A DNA stretch of 64,000 bases from Laetmonice hystrix (taxonomy: Eukaryota), in assembly GCA_965235115.1 (NCBI GenBank), contig OZ249436.1, positions 18,354,001 to 18,418,000 of the forward strand, given 5' to 3'. Shown here piece after piece: positions 1-11,000 of the stretch. How positions within the stretch are numbered: position 1 is the first letter of the stretch; each line of letters opens with the position of its first letter. Below the pieces are notes generated by a model, which was given only the letters and a program-made list of their open reading frames with translations, had not been told where the DNA came from and searched no databases. Position numbers and translations under genes: made by a program.

Positions 1-7
1 CGTCTTA

Positions 8-399
8 GGCCAAAAAAAAAAAAAGTTTCGTTTCTTGTCCTTTCATATAAAAAAAATTGGTGCGGTGACGCGGTTTTTTTTTTTTTTTTCATCTTTCTTT
101 TTTTTTTTTGGATGCAACTAGACAACGGCCGATTCTTCGAATGCAATTGCTGTTGGGTACATAAATCTTGAAGAAAAGACTAATGCAATGATGTTCAATG
201 TTTTAGAATGTGTAAAACTCACATAAAATCAACAAGACTAACAGAAAAACGCCAACGCCAAAGAACCGTTGCAACGTTCTGTCACAGCGCTACACTGCCC
301 ACCATATGAAGCAGTCGGATTTGAAAAAAAAGACTTGACGCGGGGGTTTTTAGGTGACGCGCGCGGGGACAAGAAACGAATCTATTTTTTTTTTTGGCC
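8..399. mobile_element. MITE, PIF/Harbinger-like
   Basis: TIR GGCCAAAAA..TTCGTTTCTTGTCC at both ends; TTA duplicated at 5-7 and 400-402. Confidence 0.85.
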
Positions 400-746
400 T
401 TACTAAGAATTTTGTCCACAGCTGGCGACATCCCCAATCTGGGGACATCCCGGCGACATCCCCCGATGACCGTCTTACTAACATGTCGCCGATTGCCGCT
501 TATGCTGACGATAATTCGCCCAGCAGAGAAACTTAAAACATGCTGTTTTAACACCTTTTGTAGTGCATTTTGCGTTCTTACCTTTTACAATCTATGTAAC
601 TAAAATCATGAGCTCAACTTATGTTGTTTGATTATGATAAACTAACATTCCAAAACACGTTATTTTAGACGTCCGCCATGCCCGTTCACTGTGTCAGCTA
701 GAATCACTGTCTATTTTGACGTCAGACAACCAGTTTGTTTGGACGT

Positions 747-3207
747 CAGGGGTGGCGTTTGGACTCGACCGGTCGACCGAGGCGACTAAAAATGAGCCCG
801 GGCGACTAGGCATTCAAAGAACACACGCCCGGTTGGCGACTAGCAAATTCTGGGGACATAGATCTAGGCCTACTTACATTTTTCAGGTCTGACTGGGGCT
901 AATTTATTGCAAAACCAGCACATTATCTCGAATGGTTTGTCCACTTTCGACGCTTCATAAACTTCCGGTTGGTATGGTCATGACATGTGCGCGACTGACA
1001 GTATGAGTCCGTACGCGGTACATTATTAGTTCGGCTGTTTGCCGCTATGACGCGTTTCAGTGGTGACTGGCGCTGTATGCAGCAAGACGCTGATCAACGT
1101 CTGATTTATTGGCATCGCGTGTGAACCTCCATATGGGCACCTGGCAACAGGATAACACTGTTTGCCGCCGCGGTAATCCATCAGTAAACTTGCAGACGAC
1201 AACCCTGATTATCTAACAACATGTGGAGATATCTACAAGGAGTAGCCCCCCCACCTCCCAAAAAGGTCAAATTAGGTGACGAACAGCGGAAGGAGCATGA
1301 CAGAGAGTATGAAAAGTTGAGATGCAGATCATTCTTTGCAGGGTGGCAGAAAGGGAGAGAATGGCTAATCTATGATAAAGACAAAACGCAGATGTGGTGT
1401 GAATGCTGTAAGCAGTTTTCAACCTCCCAGAAGGGAGGTCCCTTTGTACAAGGCACAAACCACTTCAAGCTGGAAAATATACAGGCCCATGAGAAGTCAG
1501 TTTGCCACAGTCGCTGTCTAGCTATTCATAAAGCAAAGGAAACCCCTTCCACCTCTGCAACCGAGCTGATGCTAACAAAAATTAGCTCCTACCAGGCTGC
1601 CAAAATGTCAATCCTGTTTAGGAATGCCCATGCGTTAGCTAAGCAAGCCAGACCCTTCACTGACTACTCCTGGATGTGCACCCTAGACAAGAAGAAAGGT
1701 CTGAAGATAGGAAAAACATACACCAACAGGAAGCAGGCGCCAACTTTTGTAGGTTACATAGCAGATGTAGAGCGTCAACGACTGAGGGACCAGTTTCATG
1801 AGGCTAAATACCTGACACTGATGTCTGATGGATCAACAGACAGCTCTATCATAGAGGAGGAGATAATCTATGCTAGATATGCCATCAAAGGGGAGGTGCA
1901 CGTCCATTTCTGCAGCCTCCAGCCAGTTGGAAAACCAGATGCACAGAACATCACCAGTGCTATCAGAAACGGCGCTACTAAGGTCCTGCCAGACTGGCAG
2001 TCAAAGCTGGTAGCATTCGCCAGTGATGGCGCGTCTGTAATGACAGGCAGGAAGACAGGTGTGGTGACACGACTGAGAGAGGACACGCCCCATCTGGTTG
2101 GGATACACTGCATGGCGCACAGGCTCGAACTGGCCTACAAGGATGCTGGGAAAAGAAACAAGCTACATCAGGATCTGGAATGTCTGCTGACGGGACTGTA
2201 CAATTTCTATCATTACAGCCCTCTCAACAGGTCCAACCTGAAAGCTGCGTACTCATCACTAGATATGTCCCCCTTGATGCCCACACGTGTGGGTGGAACC
2301 CGTTGGGTCGGCCACCACAAGATGGCTCTGGATAACTTCTTGAGGGGGTATCAGGCTATTCTGCTACATCTTGAGCAGATCCAGTCGCCTGATGTGCAAG
2401 GTGTCAACAAAGATCAACAGGCCAAGGCGAAAAACTTCTTCAAGTTGGCTAGATCTGCAGATGTGGTGGCCTATGCTTGCTTCATGCATGATGTCCTGGA
2501 GCAGCTGAGCAAATTGTCAGGAAAGATGCAGAAGAAGAAGGTCACTATGGCTGAAGTGTGCACATCACTTGACTGTACCAAGGCTGTCCTGTGCAGATAT
2601 AAAACAAAATCTGGTCCAATGCTTATCAAGTTGGATGCAGAAGAGAAAGGCACTTTTAAGAAGACAAACTTGGCTGGTGATAAGAAGCGTTTTGAGAGCA
2701 GTCGAAGGGATTTACTGGAGGAATTGATACAGGGCCTGGAGAATAGGTTTGAAGATACCGCACAGGATATCATCCAGGCCACTAAATTACTCGACTTCCA
2801 GAAATACTGGCCCACCAAGGAGATGATGACAGACTTTGGGGACTCTGAGCTGGACAGCCTTGTCACACATTTCTCACAGGTGCTGCAGTCTGCTGGGGTT
2901 GAAGTGGAGAAAATTTCTGACGAGTGGGAGATGTTGAAATCAGGCATCTACAACCAGAAAGGCTGGCTCCCTTTCCTACAGTCAACTACCGTGACGGAGA
3001 TCAACAGGCAATATCATGACGACTGCCCTAATCTGCTTTCAGTCTTCGATCTCCTGCTTATAAAGGTTATATTTTAGACCTTTCATTTTGTTTCCACAGA
3101 ATCTGAATGTTTAGACTCTGGGCTAGCAATTTTTCATCCGGGCTAGATGATTTTTTACTTTACTAGCCCGGCTGGCTAGTTCCTAAAAATTTTAATTTCC
3201 ACCCCTG
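747..3207 (+). mobile_element. hAT-superfamily DNA transposon with internal deletion
   Basis: TIR CAGGGGTGG/CCACCCCTG; subterminal GGCGACTA/GGCTAG repeats; GACGT duplicated at 742-746 and 3208-3212; contains transposase ORF. Confidence 0.9.
1221..3077 (+). CDS. hAT transposase (ZNF862-like), 618 aa, lacking the C-terminal ERxFS/dimerisation end
   Basis: TTF-type Zn finger (WL..MWCECC..HEKSVCH), DGSTD and SDGASVM catalytic Asp motifs, HCMAHRLEL (CxxH), GTRW; ends right after CPNLLSVFDLLL. Confidence 0.85.
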   Translation: MWRYLQGVAPPPPKKVKLGDEQRKEHDREYEKLRCRSFFAGWQKGREWLIYDKDKTQMWCECCKQFSTSQKGGPFVQGTNHFKLENIQAHEKSVCHSRCLAIHKAKETPSTSATELMLTKISSYQAAKMSILFRNAHALAKQARPFTDYSWMCTLDKKKGLKIGKTYTNRKQAPTFVGYIADVERQRLRDQFHEAKYLTLMSDGSTDSSIIEEEIIYARYAIKGEVHVHFCSLQPVGKPDAQNITSAIRNGATKVLPDWQSKLVAFASDGASVMTGRKTGVVTRLREDTPHLVGIHCMAHRLELAYKDAGKRNKLHQDLECLLTGLYNFYHYSPLNRSNLKAAYSSLDMSPLMPTRVGGTRWVGHHKMALDNFLRGYQAILLHLEQIQSPDVQGVNKDQQAKAKNFFKLARSADVVAYACFMHDVLEQLSKLSGKMQKKKVTMAEVCTSLDCTKAVLCRYKTKSGPMLIKLDAEEKGTFKKTNLAGDKKRFESSRRDLLEELIQGLENRFEDTAQDIIQATKLLDFQKYWPTKEMMTDFGDSELDSLVTHFSQVLQSAGVEVEKISDEWEMLKSGIYNQKGWLPFLQSTTVTEINRQYHDDCPNLLSVFDLLLIKVIF

Positions 3208-3540
3208 GACGTCACGTAGCGCTCTCTGTAAACACAAACGATGTGCTCGTGGCACTGGGGAGAGAAAGCAAGATCTCTAGTTTACGGTTTGACACATTTT
3301 AGCTTTTATTTACTTAGAGATATACCTCTAATTAACGTTTTCTTATCGGGGATTTGGCGGGGACTACTCAGTAGCAGTCCCCACCAAAATCCCCGATTTG
3401 GGGATGTCGCCGGGAGGGACATTCTTAGTAAGACGCCTCAGAGTGGGGATGTCCCCAAACTGGGGACAATCCCGGGGATTATCCCCGGGATCTACGTTAG
3501 TAAGACGGGCCCATGGAGTCTGACTCTGAAGCCGGGAACC

Positions 3541-3718
3541 CAGTGGCGGATCCAGGGGGGGTGTCGGCGACGTCCAGACCCCCCCTCAAATTTGCCAAAT
3601 TTAATTTTTTATAACCAAAATGCCTTTTGTTTTTACAACGGACCCCCCTCGATTTGCCCTTTTTATGCTGGACCCCCCTCGGACCCCCCCCTGAATATAG
3701 ACCCTAGATCCGCCCCTG
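3541..3718. mobile_element. hAT-like MITE nested in the TIR of another MITE (~3530-3940)
   Basis: CAGTGGCGGATC../..GATCCGCCCCTG; GAACC on both sides; host TIR GCCGGAACCCACTA / TAGTGGGTTCCGGC. Confidence 0.8.
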
Positions 3719-4246
3719 GAACCCACTACGGCACTATGCGATTTCAGATCGCAGGCTCTACGTTTTTTAAAATCGTACGAGCCTGCGACAAAATATCAAA
3801 CATGTTTGATCTGAAATCGTAGCTGAATCGCAGGGCCTGCGATCTGGAATCGTAAGTGGCACCGGAACCCATTCGACAAATGGTCACGACATGAATCGTA
3901 CCAGAATTCTAAGGTCAAAATCGCATAGTGGGTTCCGGCCTTGACATAGCCATGACCTCTGGCTATAGGGCCTGCTATACCTTAGGTAGGGAGTTTCGTC
4001 ACGTGACCAAAACAAAGGGATTCCACCACATTTCGCCATCGTGGCTGGACAATCTGCAAACAACACCGTATTTATAAAACTAAAAGTTTTTTAAAGATGA
4101 AACTTGCGTGGTGCATGTAAAACATGTTAAGCACGATGTCTGGCCAGTTTTTAAGACCAAAGATCGTCGATTTCTAGAATAGTGGAACTCTCTAGCACGG
4201 GGAGAACAGAAGGTTCGCTCCATTTGGATGCCTATAGGGCGTTTAA

Positions 4247-4818
4247 AGGGAAATGTGAGTGTTCGAATCCACCACTAGAATTTCCAAAATATTTTTATGG
4301 GGGATAGCCTTTGTCCTTAGGAGTACAAAGAAACAAAAAAAATCATATGTCACCGAATTAGATTTTTTTATACAGGCCTCCGTAAAAAATGGGTCTTTAC
4401 TATAGGTTTCAATGGGAAAAACAGGATTTTTCAGACATTTTGACTAATAGTTAAAAAATGACCACCAATTTTCTCCTGAAACTCGGTGACAAGATAAAGT
4501 GGATCAAGACTAATAGTTTAAAACCAAAAAAAATGGGGGTCACCGAATCAACAAAAAAGTTACAGCCTGCCAAACAGTCAGTGCCTTGGTAAAACACGGG
4601 TCTTAACTATAGCTTTCAATGGAGTAGACAGGTTCTGGCACACAGTTTGGTTCATTGTTTAAAAAATACTACTGATTTCCAGATCAAACTAGTTGACTGC
4701 ATAAATAAGCCAAACAGTTTTCTTTTAAAGCTCACTACGCGGCGCTTTGAATACTCACATTTTCCCCGTGGTACCAACGCGGCTCACTAGGTGGCGCTTT
4801 GAACACTCACATTTCCCT
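4247..4818 (+). mobile_element. Kolobok-like MITE
   Basis: TTAA TSD; TIR AGGGAAATGTGAGTGTTC; second inverted copy at 8182-13846. Confidence 0.85.
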
Positions 4819-5361
4819 TTAAGTATATCACGAGAATTCAAGAGATTTTGCGTTAGCAGGACAAGGAGCAGATAGCCTCGCTGGTTTAACATTGCGATGG
4901 CCATAGGGAACAGTGACAGTCAACTTTGAAATATTTTCATTCTGCAGTCAAGTCGCTGTTAATGTTGAGCGTTACAATGTTAACATGAATACCGGGATGT
5001 TTACTCTAGGATAAAGTTTGTTTTATAGTTTAGAAAGTTAGATTGTGAATATACAGGCTGGTTTTTGTGAACCTGTCGGCCCTGTCAACAGTCAATGTTA
5101 ATCCTATGGGAAATTTTTTGACATCACAATCGCTTGGCGCACTTTTGGCGCTATCGTGAGCTGGTTTGAGGCTATTTAACGTCATTTGCATATCCAGGTC
5201 ACGAGACTTAAACCCCCTATTGTCTCCACACAGACTTTTTAATCCAAAGCCGATTTGAGAATTAGTCAGGGTCATATTGATTTCATTGAACTTTGAAGTC
5301 AAATTCTATTTAGTTGAGAGGACGAGAGGTGGTGTAGGTTTGATAGACCTACCTAAGCGAA

Positions 5362-7148
5362 TCAGTCAGGTAGGTAGGTAGATTTAATATCTGTTTTAGC
5401 CGTAAAGGCAGTGGGAGGCAACCGCTTCACAATATCTACTGCTTCATCCATCGATGCATACAACACTTTTTCCTGAAACTGGAATGTTGGCGTTAACCGA
5501 GGTAGACTTGCCAAAAGGGTGTGAAATATTGTGAATAAAACGATATTCGCCAGGGACTTCCTTAGGATGCAGGCACACTGAAGAGCAGTGAAAACTTCTA
5601 AATGGAGGAGTGTCAAAGGGACCAAAATACGACCCAACGATATCTCCTTCTCTATCTTGTTCATAACGACCTCCAACTTTTGGCATAGGTGGATTGCGGA
5701 CTTAGTTAGAGACAAAAACCTTCTGTAAACCTGAGTTCAGGTACGTTGTTTCAATCTGCAGATAACCCAATAGTCACAAAAAGGGAGGTAAATCAGCGGT
5801 TGGAAGACCACTGCTGGTATTCCGAGAGTCCCTGAACTAGATCCCAAGTAACCCTGCTGCTGCAGGTAGTTGCTTGGATGTTTCCGTCAACTGGGGAGCG
5901 GTCGGATGATTCCCCGGGACTGCTTGCATGAGGCCACTGGGTGTTCTCCATCACATTTCGGACATCTGTGCAGGAATCTACAAGCGCGTAGCCAACAGGT
6001 TCCTGATCTGTGTAATAAGAAACAGAATCCTTTATGGATGTCTTTCCCAAAATAGGTGGCCAACATGACCTTCTATACCTTCCCCTAGATGATGGGCTCT
6101 CCACAGGATCATAACATCTAACGACAGATCTAAGTTCATTTGACCCCTTTCCATTACCCCATCTGCTATTGCTCTCCAGTATTCCTTGGCATAGCTCATC
6201 CATTCCCCGCCTGCCTGGGCAATCTTCTTTACATGTTGTTGTTGCGCAATGAGTGCTTCTGACAGAATCAGAATAGCGTGATCAGAATAGCGTGGAACCT
6301 AGCAAATGCTCTATCCCACTGGGGGCAACGACCTAATGGATGCTGTAGGGCGCTGGCCGACGGCAAGGGAGGGGTCTGAATCTCCCGATCTTACAGTGAA
6401 TGTTAAAACTGACTCCTGTTTGATGATCAACGTTGACAACTCCACATACTTTCCTTCCCAAATCTTTCTCTTCAAGGAGTCTGGGATTCCTGATACAAGG
6501 AAAGTAATGGAAAGTCATGGCTGTATTCAAGGCAGCCTGGACTTTTCCTGGGTGCATATTGACCTCTGGATCCACAAGAATAAAGGGTACGGTACCTGCA
6601 AGCTCATCTCTGACACACTCCTCACGATCTCCAGAGCTTCTGGACCTACTGCGGGATTTACTGGAGCATCCACAGCTGGGCTCGCCCCCAAAGCTGGTGA
6701 AGAGGTGTTCTGGACGATGGTTTCGGAAGTCCAGCGCTCTGCATCACTTCTGCCACTGCTGCCCTAACACCCTCCTCGAAGCATACACATCACACCAAGA
6801 CATTAGGCTTATTATGACAATTTTTTACTTGGTATTTCCTCAGCTGCAAAAGGAGCTCAATCCATTTCACTGAAGACAGTTTTAAGGAAGAGGAATTCAT
6901 TCCCATTAATGCAGAGACCTTGTTTTCCACGTTTTGATGGTCTTGATTAACAAGGACTGCATGCTTTTGTACAATTTGCAATTCCCTCTGTCATTCAAGT
7001 GAACGCCATCATCCCCCAAAATCCCAACTGCACCAAATGTTCGCGGATGCCTCCAATATGTTATTGTGTCTGACATCTCAGCGACCTCTTTCATCCACCT
7101 ATTTAGCTGAAAGACCTTGGATGGGAAAGGAGGGTTTACCTTAACCAC
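5362..7148 (-). mobile_element. decayed Ngaro/DIRS-type tyrosine-recombinase retrotransposon (SGNH hydrolase, gag and RT fragments)
   Basis: Minus strand: DDGVHLN SGNH motif (6906-7148); gag motifs IPDSLKRKIWEGKYVEL (~6490-6430) and Zn knuckle FCFLLHRSGTCWLRACRFLHRCPKCDGEHPVASC (~6050-5925); RT motifs PKEVPGEYRFIHNISHP..SVN and YASMDEAV..AKTDIKS (5715-5370); frameshifted. Confidence 0.8.
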
Positions 7149-7212
7149 CGTAACTTACCTGGCCGTAACCACAGCTAGCAGCACACCACACCGTATTCTT
7201 CACACCATACTT

Positions 7213-7421
7213 TTTTTTTGTACATGCCCAGACCACGGGCGCAGCATACCACGCTGCATTTTGTACATGCCCAGACCATGGGCACAGCATACCACACTGC
7301 ATTTTGTACATGCCCAGACCATGGGCAGCAGCATACCACACTGCATTTATGCCCAGACAACGGGTGCAGCATACCACACTGCATTTTGTACATGCCCAGA
7401 CCACGGACAGCAGCATACCAC
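7213..7421. repeat. ~40-bp minisatellite, ~5 copies
   Basis: unit TTTTGTACATGCCCAGACCATGGGCACAGCATACCACACTGCA. Confidence 0.9.
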
Positions 7422-7903
7422 AGGGCTTGTCCTGTGCACCTTGAAAGATTTTTGGCCTTTTTGAAAAAAAAATTAGCACTTGTACTGGTCATAATTTCCA
7501 CTTTTTTATTTTTTTTTCTAGCTGTGCTTACCCTTTTTATAAGGCGAAATTTAAAAAACATGCATTTAGCCCCAAAACACATATTTTACCAAGAAAAGGG
7601 TATAAAGCTACCACTTGGGAATGGCCATCATACTGAAACATGTGCCCCAGGTGATGATCTTTCAAAAAAATATAGTGAGCCTTTGTCTCTCGAGATGGTA
7701 CCGAAAAGTGTATTGGCCCATGGCCTAATGTACTATAACGATAATTTACGGTACGGTACCAGTGTGCAAGTGTACAAGAATTTCAAGAAGTACAAGAAGA
7801 TCTAATTCCTCTTCCTGGGGAATGGGATGATATCTATTTAATAACAATAAGAAGAATAGTGTAGTCTAATGAAATGGGATAATAAATTACTGTTTTTTTA
7901 CAG

Positions 7904-8000
7904 GCATCCACGACCAAGGAATTATGTATTGGAGAAGGATAGTAAACAATTGCCACGTGAAGAAACAAGTAGTCACCCACTTAAGGCGATCACAGTAACT
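7904..8000 (+). CDS. VPS35L: VPS35L coding exon 2
   Basis: ttttacag|G CAT CCA CGA..; (W)[32 protein letters not shown]; donor gtaagt at 8001 (alternative gtaact at 7995). Confidence 0.9.
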
Positions 8001-11000
8001 GTAAGTTGTCATTGTGTTATAAAATATATTTCCGATTACAGTTGAGTCCTGTTATAATGAACACACTTATAATATAAATTATAATAGATAACTAGACCAG
8101 ATGATTGCAGGCAATCATTTGTCCCATTTTCCACTATTATAGATAACAGTTTCTCAATGGACCTTTAGTCTGTCCTATTAAAGGGAAATGTGAGTGTTCA
8201 AAGTGCCACCTAGTGAGTCGCGTTGGTACCACTGGGAAAATGTGAGTATTCAAAGCGCTGTGTCGTGAGCTTTAACAGAAAAATGTTCGGCTTATTTATG
8301 CAGTCAACTCGTTTGGCCCGCGTTGCAGAAGTTTTGTCCTAAATTGCGATAAGAGAATCCTCGTAAATTTTAAGATACGAGAAAATTTGCGAACATTCGT
8401 TAATTGCGTTTCAGAACAGCTTTCGTATATCTGAAATTGCATATCTTAAATCTACGAATAAAATCGTAAATATTTTACGAGAATTCTCGTATATTGATTA
8501 AGGAAATGTTAACTTGTGTCGTGACACCTGAATACGCACAGGTCTTGGCATGTGCTCCGGTTTATCTGTTGTTTTTGCGAAACGAATGTTTATGTTTTGA
8601 TGATGCGGCCACCATTTTCCATGGGCGTCGAAAGGTGGGGGGGGGGGGGGGCATGTCCCTTCCACTTTTTATACAGGGCGGGGGACATCATATCAATTGA
8701 CACGCCCCCACCCCCCACCCCCCACCCCCACAAGCCAACCCTTGGTGGGTTCAGCAGACAGCAGGTCTGATTCCCTAAGCAGTATAAGCGCGTTGAACTG
8801 GATCCGATATGTTGGCATGACGTTGTCCGTCTCTTTCGTTAATTAAAATGCCAAACCAGGGCTAAAAATGAGTGAGTTTGTGGGGGGAGGGGGGCGAGGG
8901 GGGAAAGCATATTTTTGCCCCCCTAGCTCAAGGTGGCAGGAGATGTCAGGCGTCAGGCACTTTCCTTGCTTAACCACATCGAGTGGTCTAGATCTATAGC
9001 CATATCTGATAGATGTGCGATTTTTGCTAATTAAAAAAATGTTATTTTTAGCTACCTCTAAGACCTTGGAGTTTGATCCCCGATGCCAGGAAAACGCATA
9101 TTTGGCACTTTAATTTTTATTTTTTTCGGGGGAAGGGCCCCCAGACCCCCGCTCGCATGACCAGCATTTCGAATCTTGGAACTTGGGACCTATGATTTGG
9201 TCTTTGCCCTCCACCTGTGAATATCTTTCGCCGCCTATGTAGTGCACATAATTTGATTTAATTGTCAAATGCTTGTGGCAGGCACCCCCCCCTCCCCTGG
9301 TCCATCTGCGCATGCGTGTTGCATGCTTTAGATAGGGAGTCGGAGGGGGGGGGTCGTAACCCCCCCCCCTTCTCTCGGTTATTTCCCCCCTCTATTTCTA
9401 ATAAACATGCATTAATCAGTGGGGTGTCCAGGATTTTGATATTGGGATGGGGCCCACCTACAAAAAGAAATTATCCTCGCTACGCTCAGCATGATTTCAT
9501 GTTAGCTGTACTAAGGCATCTTCATACAAAAAAGGAAAACCTAAAGGGGCTGAGCCCCTCTGGATCCCCCACTGATTAATACATTAATTTTGACCAAAAG
9601 GTCGGTACCCAAAACTCTTCGGTTTGATGCAGAGAAGCCGGGAAATAGCATCTATGGCCTTTTATATTCCCAAACATTTTCAGTCGGAGCCCCCCCCCCG
9701 GCGCGGGAACCTTCTGACCCCCCCCCCCCCCTGCAAAAAATCCTGGATCCGCCCCTGGTCCCCCCACCACATTTTCAAAGTATTCGACGCCCATGCCATC
9801 ATCAGAAGCAAAGGAAGACGACCAATCTGCATCCAAGCATGTCGGGACTGCAGAAGAAGTGAAAAGGGAAGCCTGGGAGGAGATATCTGGTCACTGTATC
9901 TAGACTCTGCTATTCGCTAAATATGAAGGATTTGTGAGGTGTTTCTCATTTATAAAGTTGCAAATTCTGGTAGTGCCTACTATAGATGTGACGGCAATGT
10001 ATATAGGCCTAGGTATAGCAGTTCTCTATAGATCTTTTATTCAAATATATATCATATCTAGATGTTACGCGCCATCGGTCGATCTGACCCATCGGCCGAT
10101 GGGTCAGACCCATCGATGGATGGTAAACGGAACACATGGATGCAATACATAAAACGGACTATACTGTAGTTATCATGAAGAAAAAAACGTTTAGCCGTAG
10201 GCACCCTAACTTTTAAGACTTTAACAGAACTTGAAATGTGTGTAAAAAAGTTGAGTAGTGTTAACAGCGGGTAAATCCGGGGGTAATCAAACATGACAAC
10301 AATGGTGACCGATCTGGACAGGAGCTGGGTGTGGGGTCTGGACAGGAGCTGGGTGTGAGGCCTGGACGGGAGGTGGGTGTGGGGTCTGGACAGGAGGTGG
10401 GTGTGAGGTCTGGACAGGAGGTCGGTGTGAGGTCTGGACAGGAGGTGGGTGTGGGGTCTGGACAGGAGGTGGGTGTGAGGCCTGGGCAGGAGGTGGGTGT
10501 GGGGTCTGGACAAGAGTTGGGTGTGAGGCCTGGACAGGAGGTGGGTGTGGGGTCTGGACAGGAGGTGGGTGTGGGGCCTGGACAGGAGGTCGGTGTGAGG
10601 TCTGGACAGGAGGTGGGTGTGGGGTCTGGACAGGAGGTGGGTGTGAGGTCTGGACAGGAGGTGGGTGTGGGGTCTGGACAGGAGGTGGGTGTGGGGCCTT
10701 GACAGGAGGTGGTTGTGAGGTCTGGACAGGAGGTGGGTGTGGGGTCTGGACAGGAGGTGGGTGTGGGGTCTGGACAGGAGCTGGGTGTGGGGCCTGGACA
10801 GGAGGTGGGTGTGGGGCCTGGACAGGAGGTCGGTGTGAGGTCTGGATAGGAGCTGGGTGTGAGGTCTGGACAGGAGGTGGGTATGGGGTCTGGACAGGAG
10901 GTGGGTGTGGGGTCTGGACAGGAGGTGGGTGTGAGGTCTGGACAGGAGGTGGGTGTGGGGTCTGGACAGGAGGTGGGTGTGAAGTCTGGACAGGAGCTGG

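Larger units (their letters stand above)
1..3512. mobile_element. non-autonomous TIR element (left end outside window) hosting two insertions
   Basis: Removing the 8-399 MITE restores CGTCTTACTAAGAAT, the reverse complement of 3421-3435; 400-450 is inverted to 3390-3432; right end GTTAGTAAGACGGGCCC. Confidence 0.7.

Noticed and set aside
7117..7805. 100-195 aa ORFs
   Set aside because: Produced by the 40-bp tandem repeat and AT-rich flank.
1..7903. VPS35L first exon and promoter
   Set aside because: No ATG..TG|GT short exon found; the ATG at ~4887 hits a stop. Probably upstream of the window.
8620..9239. CATGGGCG..CGCCTATG TIR pair
   Set aside because: No TSD; probably ends of different fragments.
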